This document shows positions 25,039-38,009 of a DNA stretch of 64,000 nt, piece by piece. The stretch is taken from the NCBI RefSeq assembly GCF_006345805.1, contig NC_042999.1, forward strand, positions 79,546,001-79,610,000. The letters are read 5' to 3'. Source of the DNA: Octopus sinensis. Lineage: Eukaryota. Positions within the stretch are counted from its first letter, which is position 1, and each line of letters begins with the position of its first letter. Position numbers and translations under genes: made by a program. The notes under the pieces were generated by a model, which worked only from the letters and a program-made list of their open reading frames with translations, was not told the DNA's origin and ran no database searches.

Positions 25039-25268
25039 TTCTTTACTGCCCACAAGGGGCTAAACATAAAGGGGACAAACAAGGACAGACAAACGGATTA
25101 AGTCAATTACATCGACCCCAGTGCGAAACTGGTACTTTATTTATCGACCCCGAAATTATGAAAGGCAAAGTCGACCTCGTCGGAATTTGAACTCAGAACG
25201 TAACGACAGACGAAATACCGCTAAGCATTTCGCCCGGCGCGCTAACGTGTCTGCCAGCTCGCTGCCTT
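25037..25268 (-). mobile_element. Family A SINE, full length
   Basis: Near-identical to 7901-8132. Confidence 0.92.
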
Positions 25269-25354
25269 ACTATATATATATAATAAATTTATTTTACTCT
25301 GCTATGTATTGAGTACCTTATTTACTGTGGTTAACCCCGAATCAACCCGGGACC

Positions 25355-25400
<46 letters not shown>

Positions 25401-26551
25401 TTGTATATGATTTGTGTTGTGAATTTATGGAAAGAAATCCCATAAAAACAATTTTTGTTACAAATGGAAAAGAGAAGATGTTAAAATAAATAAGATAATC
25501 TTAATTCATGCAGACGATCGTTTCGTACAGAGATATAAAAATCATGCAAATTCATGGATGAATTGAATTGATTAAATTAATTAAGTTAATTACATATCAC
25601 TGTACTTTTTAGTGCAAAAAGTATAAACAAAATTTTTACAAAGGACTTGAGAAAAGAAATAGCAGAATAGGATCTAGGAGATTCATATTTATCCTTATGA
25701 GAAAGAAAGATATGTGAGGCCAGTTAATAGTTAATACCTAACTGGACTCACGTATGACTACTGCAGCCAATGCGATTCTGCCCATTACGATACCGTCTGT
25801 TTATCATGCGGAATGCGTACAGCATTCTTGAAAAGCTATCACATTGCTAAAGTAATGAAGTAACTCACCTGATAGTTCAACCAGCTACTTTGAAAATATG
25901 ATATGAAAAATATGAGAGGGATGGAAAGGACAGAAATAGAGAGATGGCTTGGGAGAACGAACAGAAGAAAAAGAGAGAGAGACCGAGAGAGAGAAAGAGA
26001 GAGAGACCGAGAAACAGAGAGAAAGAGAGAAAGAGACTGAGAAGAAGAGAAAGAAAGAGAGAGCGCGTTTGTATGTGTATGTATATGTGTGAAAGAAAGA
26101 AAGAGAGGGGGGAGAAAAAGAAAAGGGAGAGCAAGGAGAAAAGAGAATTTTGACATTTCTTTTTAGTAAGCAGTTGACATATTATCAGTCGACACACTTC
26201 AAATAGCAGCCAAAATCTTTCATAAATCATATCTTCGCGTCCCAGATAAAAAGTCTTATAAACAATAAGTTTCTAATACACCAAGCAGAATTATCACAAT
26301 TGAAATGCATTCTATCAAAATGTTGTTCAACTACATCTGATCTAAATTTACTGCGAACAAACACGGAAATATCCCCGAATGAACTTGCGGGCTTCTAGGT
26401 AGTTTTTTACCGATGAACCTTTTTGACTCTTATTTTACTTGGATGGACCCCATAGCCGTTTGCTGTTTAAAAACTCATTTTATATTTTTTATATTTTTAT
26501 AATTAGTTATCTTTAGGTATTGTTTTTAAAAAATTAAGATATTTTGTTGAT

Positions 26552-26950
26552 AGGCGCAGGAGCTGCTGTGTGGTAAGTAGCTTGTTTACCAACCACATGG
26601 TCCTGGGTTTAGTCCCACTGCGTGGCACCTTGGGCAAGTGTCTTCTACTGTAGCCTCGGGCCGACCAAAGCCTTGTGAGTGGATTTGGTAGACGGAAACT
26701 GAAAGAAGCCCATCGTATATCTATATGCATGTGTGTGTATATATTTGTGTCTGTGTTTGTCCCCCCAACTTCGCTTGACAGCCGATGCTGGTGCGTTTAC
26801 GTCCCGGTAACTTATCGGTTCGGTAAAAGAGACCGATAGAATAAGTACTAGGCTTACAAAGAATAAGCCCTGGGGTCAATTTGCTCGACTAAAGGCGGTA
26901 CTCCAGCATGGCCGCAGTAAAATGACTGAAACAAGTAAAAGAATAAAAGA
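26552..26950 (+). mobile_element. Family B SINE, full length
   Basis: GGCGCAGGAGCTGCTGTGTGGTAAG head, CACCTTGGGCAAGTGTCTTC core, short internal simple repeat, tail ending GACTGAAACAAGTAAAAGAATAAAAGAAT. Confidence 0.92.
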
Positions 26951-27299
26951 ATATTTTGTGCATAATAAAAGTATATAGCCTATTTATTGCACACAAACTT
27001 TGGCAAACAAATCTTATATGGAGCTCGGGCGCGAACCACTGTTACAGATATTACAACTAAATTTTCATCAAACCACCCACTTCTGTATAAAATTAGGAAC
27101 GAATACATTGGAAAAAGTAGACCCATCTATACCAACTGACAAGACAATACATATGTGTGTTAGTGACTATTTGGGTGGTTGCTTGTATGACGCTAGTTCT
27201 TGAAAGGCCAGATGACCACACGCACACAGACGCATATACATACATACATACATGATGATGTTGACTTTCTGTTCGTGACCGAAGAAAACCACTACTGAC

Positions 27300-27710
27300 T
27301 TTTAGGAACATTTTGCGCTCAAGACTACCTTATACTTTACACTTGTGGCTCCGTTGGTGACCAACGAGCCCTGCTCTTGACACACCCATACGACTGCAAC
27401 CACTGCAGACCAAGCTTTCACCATTCATTATACTAGCAGTGCGTTTTCGAGCAGTACGCTTAAATTCTTCATGAAGAATATGTGCTCTTTCAAAGGTATC
27501 GACTCCCTCCTTTACCTGTTTCCTGCAACCGTGGCGATGACAAGCATTACTCTCCCAGTCAGCCTTCCGTATTTCACAGGCCTCTATCTAATGAGGACTT
27601 TACACAGTCCTTAAATCACAGTCTTGGCTTCTGCTGGGATCACTTTCTATTAAGAAGTTCCCCATATAACATCTGTTTAGGGATCCTGCTATCATTCATT
27701 CTAACAAAAA
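27300..27710 (-). mobile_element. Decayed RTE-clade LINE C-terminal fragment
   Basis: Minus strand reads VRMNDSRIPKQMLYGEL...KPRL*FKDCVKSSL...WESNAC.R..CRKQVKEGVDTFE, matching the post-RT region of RTE elements. Confidence 0.8.
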
Positions 27711-27711
27711 T

Positions 27712-27774
<63 letters not shown>

Positions 27775-27804
27775 TATATACATAAGCATATGTTGTGTCT
27801 CTGT

Positions 27805-27912
27805 ATTTGTCCCTCACCTCACCGTTTGATAACCGATATTGGTGTGTTTACGTTCCCGTAACTTAGCGGTTCGGCAATAGAGACCGATAGAATAAGTACT
27901 AGGCTTACAAAG
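27805..27912 (+). mobile_element. Family B SINE tail fragment
   Basis: GGTGTGTTTACGTTCCCGTAACTTAGCGGTTCGGCAATAGAGACCGATAGAATAAGTACTAGGCTTACAAAG. Confidence 0.8.
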
Positions 27913-28039
27913 TATATATATATATATATAATATATATATATCGCTCTATACTCATCCAACATTTCATACTGGAACATACGTATATTGGTTTCTAAACCG
28001 GACTTTTGGTCTCGAAATCGTTATGCAAAATATTAAAAC

Positions 28040-28074
<35 letters not shown>

Positions 28075-28300
28075 TCTATTTATACATCCATACAAGCAAC
28101 CATACATATATACATACATACATACATACATACATGCATACATGCTTACGTACCTACGTATGTATGTATATATGTATGTATGTATGTATGTATTATTTCA
28201 GAATCAATCTTCTCAAATATTTGTCTATTTTGACTCCACCTAGTTAATATATCATCTTCCATCCACACATCATCACGATGTCATCCACACTACAAAAATG

Positions 28301-28403
<103 letters not shown>

Positions 28404-28806
28404 CCTTAATCCCGCTATTCTCTACTTCACTCAACAACTCCGCTTTTACTTCGTATTTTTTTACCCTTCATCCCTTCATCCTTCTTTTCTTCGTCATCTA
28501 TATTCCTTTCTTCCTTGTTCATAAATATTCTAATACAGAAATTAATATTAAACTAGGAAGGGAAGCTGCTAAAAAAAAAATTACCATAGCGAAAAAACAA
28601 ACAAACAAAAAGAAATAAAACAAAATTTCTAGACGAGTCTTGAGTGGAAACTTCACCGATGTGAACGTTGAGAATCAACCTTCCAAACTAAATAAAATGA
28701 CGTACAGCTCAAACTCGCCGCTGAAATAGTCATTTTATGTGATTATATATTAAACCATTGTTATTTTACTTACCTTTACTCACGTGTCTATCAAACTATC
28801 TATCCT

Positions 28807-28840
<34 letters not shown>

Positions 28841-28870
28841 GATCTATCTATACATATAATAATAATAATA

Positions 28871-28903
<33 letters not shown>

Positions 28904-28984
28904 CTGATAAATATAATAATAATAATAATGATTATACACACACACATGCACACATATATATATTTAAAATACTTGTTTAGTTTC

Positions 28985-29260
28985 TTCTTTTATTCTTCTA
29001 TTCGGCTCAGTCATTTGAATGCGGCCATTCTGGAGCACCGCCTTTAGTCGAACAAATCCACCCCATGACTTATTCTTTGTAAGCGTAGTACTTATTCTGT
29101 CGGCTACTTTAACCCGAACCGCTAAGTTACGGCGACGTAAACACACCAACATCGGTTGTCAAGCGATGGTGAGGGGGGTACAAACACAGACACACAAACA
29201 ATTACTTATATATATATGAGCATACAAGAGGCTTCTTTCAGTTTCTGTCTACCAAATCCA
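28985..29260 (-). mobile_element. Family B SINE, 5'-truncated
   Basis: Reverse complement of the tail (CAGTCATTTGAATGCGGCCAT...GCTAAGTTACGG) plus CTTCTTTCAGTTTCTGTCTACCAAATCC. Confidence 0.85.
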
Positions 29261-29279
29261 ATATATATATATATATATG

Positions 29280-29787
29280 TTACATGGAAAAATGCAAGCA
29301 TGAAAAGTAATATTCTTAAGATTATAAACCTGTAAAAGTACAGGACGAGTTATATTACACCTGTAAAAGTATAGGACAAGGTATTACTTCTAGTAAAGTA
29401 AAGAATAAGAAACATTTTACTTAAAATATTGCAGGAAAGAATACCAGTTTTTCTAATTTATTACTCCTTACGGTTCTCATCTTTTAAATTTCTTGTACAA
29501 AACTGTTCAGCTAATTTGTAAGTTTGTCTAATTAGTATTTAAAGTAGTAAATTAGTCAAATTCTACTTAAATAAGTACAGTGTTACTTTTAAACTATAAT
29601 AAAGTAATTTTTAATATTGAAATTTTAATTTTAGCTGCAATATTTTAAGTAAAAAATTTCTTATTCTATACTTTACTAGAAGTAAAAGCTTCTCCTATAC
29701 TTTTACAAGTGTAATAACTTGTCCTGTACTTTTCCAGGTTTATAATCTTAAGAGTATTATTTTTCATGCTCGCATTTTCCCATGTAA
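29280..29787. mobile_element. MITE with ~155-bp terminal inverted repeats
   Basis: 29280-29434 (TTACATGGAAAAATGCAAGCATGAAAA...AAATATTGCAG) is the imperfect inverse of 29635-29787. Each arm has two CTGTAAAAGTA(C/T)AGGA-like subrepeats. Confidence 0.85.
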
Positions 29788-31059
29788 TCCATGATTTTTC
29801 CAAGCATTGCTGTTATAGGATAATTAATAATGTGTCAATTAATAATTCAAGATTTTATCTTATAAAATACTGAAAGATGATATTTCAGCTTTTTTCATAT
29901 TAAATTTATATATATGTTCTGATTGAATTATTTGATAATACCGATCCACACTAAATTAATGGCAGGAAATTTTACCATCTTGTTGGTTGCACCATGGCTC
30001 ACCAAAAATTACAAACACCAAGACCCAAAAACCATCAGTTACCAGGCTCACCTTAAGTAACCTAGATTTTGAGTTGGGGATAATAGCACTGATTGCTGCT
30101 AATCTAGATCTATCAATAATTATTCAATGCAATAGTAATTATAAAAGCATGTCAGATATACACAAGTTAAAATTACTTACATCCTATTTATAGAAATTTG
30201 ATTTATGAAAGATCCCTTTTAGTGAATTTTGGAATATAAAAACTAAATTTAGAATATCAGCACTTTTAACCAATGCCTTTTCTGGTTAGCATTTAGGTCT
30301 GCCCATAGAGACACAGCCAAAAACGACCATATTCCTGCCTTAATAAATTTAGATGCACATATCTGAAGCATATTAATGAACTAGTCTGATTAAATAATTA
30401 ACTAAAAAGAAAAGGAAAGCAACTAAAAAGGAAAAGCAAAAAAAAAAAAAGTTGAAAGCAAGCTGATTAAAGCTGAAAGAGAAAATTAATAATAAAAGTT
30501 AAACTTACCCTAATTCAATAGCATATTAAAAAAAGTTTAGTAAATACTTAATTAAAAAAATTGAATATACGAAAAGTTAAGTCGACCCCGGTGGAATTTG
30601 AATTCAGAATGAAAAGACAAACGAAATACCATTAAGCATTGCGACCGGTGGGTTAACGTTTCTGCCAACTCGCCGCGCTAGAAAATAGGCATCCATTTTA
30701 GAAATATATTATCATCTTAACATTATAGCATGGCCGTTACTTCTTACTTCCTTACTTACTGACAATAAATTTCATCACATTTCACGAAATAACTTTTTTC
30801 TAGTAATTATTGTTCAATGTGACTAATGAATCTGAACTCCTCATGCGTTTTTCTATTATTTAAGCCGAAGAAAAATATACTTTTATTTTAAAATAAAAAA
30901 AAATATGCTAATTGAAGGTCAATAGGTACCTTACTGCGCCCCCTCGAGGCTGCAGATATTTTGATGTAACTTTTTTTCTACTATACCAAATCTCAAACTA
31001 TTTATGCCAAAATGTAGCTGAGACGGTGTCCTCTTTAAAACTGTTAACAGTTTGCAATT

Positions 31060-31410
31060 TAGTTCATCGACTCCGAAAGAATGAAAGGTAAAGTCGGCCT
31101 CGGCGGGATTTGAACTCAGAATATAAAGACGGGCTAAATACCAGTAAGCATTTCACCTGGCGTGCTGACGATTCTGTCAGCTTTACAGTTAAAACTATTA
31201 AGGGGATCAAGGCGGCGAATTGGCTGAATCGTTAGCAGGCCGGACAAAATGCCTGGTAGGACTTAGTTCGTCCTTACGTTCTAAGTTCGAAGTCCGCCAA
31301 GATCGACTTTGCGTCTCATCCGTCCGAAGTCGATAAGAATGGTACCATTCAACTCTGGGCTTCATTTAATCGACTTTACTGGCATTGTGTCAAAATTTGA
31401 AACCAATATT
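31060..31410. mobile_element. Head-to-head pair of diverged family A SINEs (31060-31195 minus, 31207-31410 plus)
   Basis: CATCGACTCCGAAAGAATGAAAGG...GAACTCAGAA on one side and AAGGCGGCGAATTGGCTGAATCGTTAGC... on the other. Confidence 0.7.
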
Positions 31411-32005
31411 ATTACGATGATTTTCAAGAAAGAACGAGAAGAGTAAAAGATATGACGTTTTGGACATCACTTCTTCGGATACTAAAGGTAATTTCAGAAG
31501 AAACAAAAGAAAGGAAGAGAAGAAAAGAGATAAAATAAGAAGAAAGCCAGGCTAAAGGCACGTGGGTTAGGTTCTCATTCCTCCACACACCTACACACAC
31601 TTAAAAGATACACACAGGGAAAAAATATAAAATAAAGAGATTTTGATGCGTGTTAAAAATTTGAAAAATTAATGTGAGTTAATGTATCAGAAAATTTAAT
31701 TATAATGATAAAGATGAACGTATTAGCAGTAAAAATGGTATAGCGTAAAGAAGTAGAAATGTTATAACTAGAATGAAAATTGCCTTCTTTTTTGTTTTCA
31801 AAATTGTTTTAAGTAGCTTTTTAATTTTCATGACGAGAATTTTTTTCATTAAATACACGTCGAAGCATAGAACATGTTTTTTTACAGTCAGAGTAAAACA
31901 ATCATGTGATTTCTCTGCAGAGATTCACTTTTCTTCTGACAATGAGTTATGCTTATCGTTTGATTAATATTTCTGTTGCTTCATATATTGTACTTTGCAC
32001 CAATC

Positions 32006-32088
<83 letters not shown>

Positions 32089-32254
32089 GGCACAATGTAC
32101 ATAACTGCATCTAATGATCGGCTAGAAATAGCTGTAAAGAATTACCTGCACTTCGCTATCCATTACTTGTGAGGTAATCACTAGTGATACCATGGATTTT
32201 ACTTAATTAGGTTGAACCATCCCGAATGGCTACGCGTATTCTCCTCTGTCTCCT

Positions 32255-32566
32255 CGATTGAGAAGATTTAGAACACCTAACTGATTCTCCTGATTTAACG
32301 CCTTCAGATTATTATGTTTTGTAGTTACTCTCCAATCGTCTGCGAGTTCAATTATTACGTGGAAATGAAAAAGTGACTCGATGACTTCTTCGAGGCAGAA
32401 ACCGGTAGTTTCTACCAGCGAGGCATTAATTAACAAGCTAATTTCACGATGACATCAAATTGTCAACAAGGAAAGATTTATTGATTGTTTTGTTAAAATT
32501 GTTGATGAAAAATAAGGAGTTAAAATAAATGGAAAAGGAACGAACAAATTTATCTGAGAACCCATT
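32255..32566 (+). mobile_element. Mariner transposase 3' remnant with right end
   Basis: LEHLTDSPDLTPSDYYVL*LLSNRL (YSPDLAPSDY-like) and DDFFEAETGSFYQRGI resemble mariner C-termini. Confidence 0.7.
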
Positions 32567-32601
32567 GTGAATATGTATGCATAAATGCATGCATGTATGT
32601 A

Positions 32602-32796
32602 CGGGGCATGCTGAAAAGTTCCTGGTTTTGAGTAAAAGAAAATACAGGAGCATTAGCTAATTACGACTTTATTCAACATATTATTGCAGAAATCCTTTAG
32701 TTTTTCTAAACCCTGTAAAAGAAATCGGAAGGTTGGGCCCTACAACCAGACCTTTGGCAATACCTTTAAAGTCAAGAACTTTTCAGCATCCCCTTG
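32602..32796. mobile_element. Tc1/mariner-type MITE with TA TSD
   Basis: TA-CGGGGCATGCTGAAAAGTTCCTGG...TCAAGAACTTTTCAGCATCCCCTTG-TA. Confidence 0.8.
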
Positions 32797-33020
32797 TATG
32801 TATGTGTGTAGTTGTTCTCTTTCTATTTTTTATTTAGAATTCATTTTTGACGGGCCAGTTACATGAAAATAAGTTTGTGAAGGAAAACATCCTTTTTTTA
32901 AAAAAAATTTTCCTTTAGATCATATCGACTTGCAGATTTTTGTAGTTTCAGATATCGTGATCATTTGTAGCGTATGAATTAAGAGTTCTCTTCCCATGCA
33001 CCTAAGTTCAACCATGTACC

Positions 33021-33253
33021 TATTTCTTTACTACCCACAAGGGGCTAAACACAGAGAGGACAAACAAGGACAGACAAACGGATTAAGTCGATTATATCGA
33101 CACGAGTGCGTAACTGGAACTTATTTAATCGATCCCGAAAGGATGAAAGGCAAAGACGACCTCGGCGGAATTTGAACTCAGAACGTAACGGCAGACGATA
33201 TACGGCTACGCATTTCGCCCGGCGTGCTAACGATTCTGCCAGCTCGCCGCCTT
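33021..33253 (-). mobile_element. Family A SINE, full length
   Basis: Near-identical to 7901-8132. Confidence 0.92.
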
Positions 33254-34297
33254 CGTTTCCCATGAATATTATAAGCAGAACTACATTATCGCATATTAAA
33301 AAGCGATTAAAACAGAAAGAATGGAAGAAGGAAACCGTTCAGGTGTGATTTGAATGGGGTTTAACAGCTATATCTGGCACGTCAAGTATATATTTAGTAC
33401 CGATAGTGTAGGGTAATAGTGCATATGCCACCTCAGTTCAAGTAGGTATATATTCAAAGCCATTCCAGCCGTAACACTCCTGTGTTTTTCTGTCAGACAC
33501 TACATCCAGTACCATATTCTCTAGTTTCTCATAATTATTTTTGAGGATGGCATGAAGTGATTTGAGGGAGGTTCAGCTGCTACTTTTCAGAGGTCGAGCG
33601 ATCACATAGAGACCTTCTCTACGAAACAGAAAAGAAAGGCAAAAGTAAATTCCCTGTTGTAGTAGTAGTAGAAGTGGTGGTGGTTGTGGTAATAGTAGCA
33701 GTAGTATTAGTGGTAGTAGTAGTAATAGTAGTAGTAGTGGCTGCTACTATTGTTTTTTTAGTTATTGTTGATAGTACTACTGGTGGCTCTGCTGTTGTTG
33801 TTGGTGGTGGTGGTGTGGGTGACGTTGTTGTTGTTGTTTTTGTTGTTGTAGTGATCGTCACATTGCTATCGGAGCGAAAATCTAAATAGAAAAAGGAAAT
33901 TTGATGCCGAAGAAAATTCCGATGGTGGACACAGATCGCTAAATGAAAACATGCAAAGACTTGACATGTCAAATTGTAACAATACATGGAGAGAGATGAG
34001 AGATGATGATGTGAGAATGTGTGCGGTATGTATATACGTACATCTGTGTGTGTGTGTGTGTGTGTGTGAGTGGAGATCGGGTAGGTCGTGTGAGTCAAGC
34101 TTGAAGTCGTGAGGAAGTGAAGAGTAGAACAAATGGAAGGGAAAGAGAAGAGAACTGAGGTTACTCTCTTTGTGTCTCTGACTGTTTCTATCTCTATCTA
34201 ACTATACATATATCTGAACATACATACATAAATACATACATACATACACATATATATATACATATACATATATATATATATATAATGAATATTTATG

Positions 34298-34353
<56 letters not shown>

Positions 34354-34557
34354 CACACACATACACGTGTACATCTTTGTATGTAAGTATGTACATGTAT
34401 ATATGTATGTATATATGTGTGTATTGTGTATGTATGCCAGTATGTTTTTATGTATTTACGAAGGGTGTCAGAAATTAATAAAGAGAAAATGAATGACATG
34501 ACGTGGTAGGTCACAAAAGAAGAAATATACACCCATATATGCATGTGCGCTTGTGTG

Positions 34558-34589
<32 letters not shown>

Positions 34590-34787
34590 CGTCCACATGT
34601 GTAATTTGTTTATTTCATTATCGGCTTTACCCGATACTTAATAGTATTTCGTGTTGTCAACACTAAATTTGTTGTAAGGCCAATATTAAAATAAACAAAT
34701 ATGTATTCTGTGTATATAAATGTGTGGAGATTTCATTGCTGTACATATAAAATTATACCTACATATACATATATATATGAATATATG

Positions 34788-35145
34788 TGGCTGTGTGGTA
34801 AGAAGCTCACTTCCCAACCACATAGTTCCGGGTTCAGTCCCTTTTGTGTGACACATCGGACACGTGTTTTCTCCTAATGCCTCTGAGCGACCAAAGTCTT
34901 TTGAGTGGATTTGGTAGACGAAAACTGGAAGAAGTCTCTCGTATATATTATGTGAATATGTTTATGTGTATGTGTCATTATGTCTGTGTTTGCCCTCCAA
35001 CACCGCTTGACCACTGGTGTTGGAGTGTTTACGTTCTCGTGACTTAGCGGTTCGGCAAAATAGACATATTAACTAAATGACAGGCTTAAAAAGAAAATAA
35101 GTCCTAGGGTTGATTTGTTCGACTAAAATCCTTTAATGCGGTACC
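34788..35145 (+). mobile_element. Family B SINE, diverged, 3'-truncated
   Basis: GGCTGTGTGGTAAGAAGCTC...GGGTTCAGTCC...GATTTGGTAGACG...TAGCGGTTCGGCAAAA...GTTCGACTAAA. Confidence 0.8.
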
Positions 35146-35149
35146 TCCA

Positions 35150-36300
35150 TTACTTTCTATTTGATACCACCTACTATTGACAACAATGAGGAATTGCGAT
35201 GGGAACAAAAGCAACCCTAGCTCTCGCGAACCTAATAATGGGATATTTAGAAATAACTATATATCAAGTATCACAACAAAAATATGGAGATTCATTTTAC
35301 CATTTAATAAGAAAGAAAATGATAAATAGATGACTGCTTTATCGTTTGAAATGAATATATTCATAAACTATTTGAATTTAAATCACTACTTAATAGTATA
35401 AATCCAAATATCCAGCTTACAATGGAGTAAAACAAAGAGCAACTCCCATTGTCTGATATTTTGATAAAAAGAAAGTCAATCAAATTGAAACCGATATCCA
35501 TTATAAAACAACAGACTCGAAAAAATACTTTCTGTTTAATTCTTGTCACTCGAAACACGCCAAAATAAATATCCCCTTTAAATTAGCGAAAAGGATTTGC
35601 ACAATATTGTCTGATGCAAATACACAGGATCTTCGACTTCAAGACCTTAAACCCACATTAGCCGAGAGATACTATCTCCATTCGCTAATAGGTAATAGGA
35701 TTAAACATGCCAAGCAAATAGATATCAAGACACTAAGTGAAACAAAACGAAATCCCACACCTCATCTACAAATGTTACTTATTATATCGACAAACGACCC
35801 TGGAAACAATGAGGCATACAACACCATTATTCAAAACTTACCGACGCTCACAAGTGACTCAAAGATAACCCACATTCTGCTAGCACACAAATACATCAAA
35901 AGTAAAATGCAACCTAAAACACTAAAAGAATAATGACGCCAAACAACAACGAAACGAATAGTTAAAGGACGCAGGCGTCAACACTATGGAACATACTTCA
36001 GCCTACTGGAACGTTCGGAATTTACAAGGACGAAGATTCACAATTAAGTCTAATTTCACTTGTGCATTTGAAAATTCAATCTATGTGGTAACTTGTTTAG
36101 GATATGGACACTATTATATAGGCCAAACAGGGATGTCACTTAGACGGAGAACTACACATCCTAAGGTATAAACAGATACTTTCAGCGGACACAGAAAGAT
36201 GTGCGGAGAATCTCCTAGGAAATAATCTCTATGCAACAACGATTAAATAAAGAGCTTATATTTATTTAAAAAGACAAACCACGCTTGAATATAAACAAAA
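35150..36300 (+). mobile_element. Decayed Penelope-like retroelement (RT plus GIY-YIG endonuclease)
   Basis: GIAMGTKATLALANLIMGYLE (PLE RT), LLNSINPNIQLTME...EQLPLSDILI, and FTCAFENSIYVVTCLGYGHYYIGQTG (GIY-YIG). Many stops and frameshifts. Confidence 0.88.
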
Positions 36301-36865
36301 AACCAAATTTGGATTTGGCAAATCTTTTAATTCAAACTTTGTACATATTTTATTTCATTATTTTAATTCATGAATTTATATCTTCGTAATATAAATACAA
36401 TAAATATTCCCTGTCTTCTCGTATGGCATCGGGCTGACTAAAGCCTCGTGACTGAATTTGGTAGACGGGAATTGAAACAAGCCAATGATGTATGTGTGTG
36501 CGCGTGCGTCTTTGCGTTTGTCCTCCGCCACCGTTTGATTATCTAAATTTTACAAGGCACGTGCTACCCTGTTATGACCAGAGTTCAATGATTGAAACAA
36601 AAGGAGGGTAAAAACAAATATGAACACAATTACACACATACACACACATCCCACCAATATTCACGTCTCTCTGTGAGTCTGTCCATTGGTACTTACCTAA
36701 GATTGTCTACTCCCATGCGTTCTATATATAGGGATATATTGCTTACGCATAACTACTTTAGGAGAACAAAATGTAAATGGTTGAGAGGTAGCGTCTTTTC
36801 TATTATATGGATGTGCAAATATATACATATAATACATACATACATACATACATACATACATACAT

Positions 36866-37100
36866 GTGGAGGCACGTAACTTAGTGGCTAGGGTGTCAGC
36901 ATCATGATCGTAAGATTGTGGTTTCGATTCCTGGACCGGGCGACGTGTTGTGTTCTTGAGCAAAACACTTCATTTAACTCAGCTGGCAAAAATGAGAAAC
37001 GCTGCGATGGACTGGCGTCCCGTCCAGCTGGGGAACACGTACGCCATAGAAAGCGGGAAATCGGGCCCATGAGTCTGGCTAGGCTTTAAAAGGGCGCATT
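36866..37100 (+). mobile_element. Chimeric tRNA-derived SINE (family D head, family C tail)
   Basis: The 5' half CATGATCGTAAG...TTGAGCAAAACACTT...TCAGCTGGCAAAAATGAG matches the reverse complement of 40279-40605. The 3' half GCGATGGACTGGCGTCCCGTCCAG...GGGAAATCGGGCCC matches 23400-23480. Confidence 0.8.
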
Positions 37101-37179
37101 TATCTATTACATATATACAAACATGCATGCATGCATACATGCATGCATACATACATACATACATACATACATACATACA

Positions 37180-37215
<36 letters not shown>

Positions 37216-37239
37216 TATATGAAATTTATAGAAAAACAA

Positions 37240-37400
37240 AAGACGAAGATATGTGTATGAGCAACAAACAGGTGTATTAGTTTGACGCTCAGCAAAATAA
37301 AAAATGAAAAAGTCTTTTACGTTTCGATCCTACTCTCTTCAGCAGAAAGGAATAAGAGAAAAAGAAAACAGAGAGAATAAAAAAAAAACTGTAGATTTAG
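37240..37400 (-). mobile_element. Penelope-like terminal repeat fragment with hammerhead-like motif
   Basis: Homologous to 2370-2530; the minus strand reads CTGAAGAGAGTAGGATCGAAACGTA at 37342-37318. Confidence 0.5.
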
Positions 37401-37817
37401 CTGTCATCCCATCAATCTGTCTATCTAATCCCTCTCTCTCTGTATATATACACACATAAACACACACACACACACACACATGCAGGCCTGTGCAATTATA
37501 GTATGCATGATTGCATGTATGCATGTGTGAGTCTAAGTGTGGTGTCTGAATGTTTATCTGAGCGCATATGTATATATACTGTGCCTATGTGCTTCACGTG
37601 TGTGAGTGCGTGTCTGTATGTGTGTATGTATATGTGCTTCCACATGCATGCTTACAAACGCCAAGAGAGTTCCCCAATACTCTTGTAACAGTTTATGAGT
37701 TGCGCCTTCCCCTGTTGGAATTTAATATGTTTGCTTTATTGGTATGATATAACCTGACTATGTATGTATGTATGTATGTATGTATGTATGTATGTATGTA
37801 TACGCAGCATACATACA

Positions 37818-37879
<62 letters not shown>

Positions 37880-37934
37880 CATTATGTGTGTACATGTATT
37901 TATATATATATAAACATATATATATATATAAACA

Positions 37935-38009
<75 letters not shown>

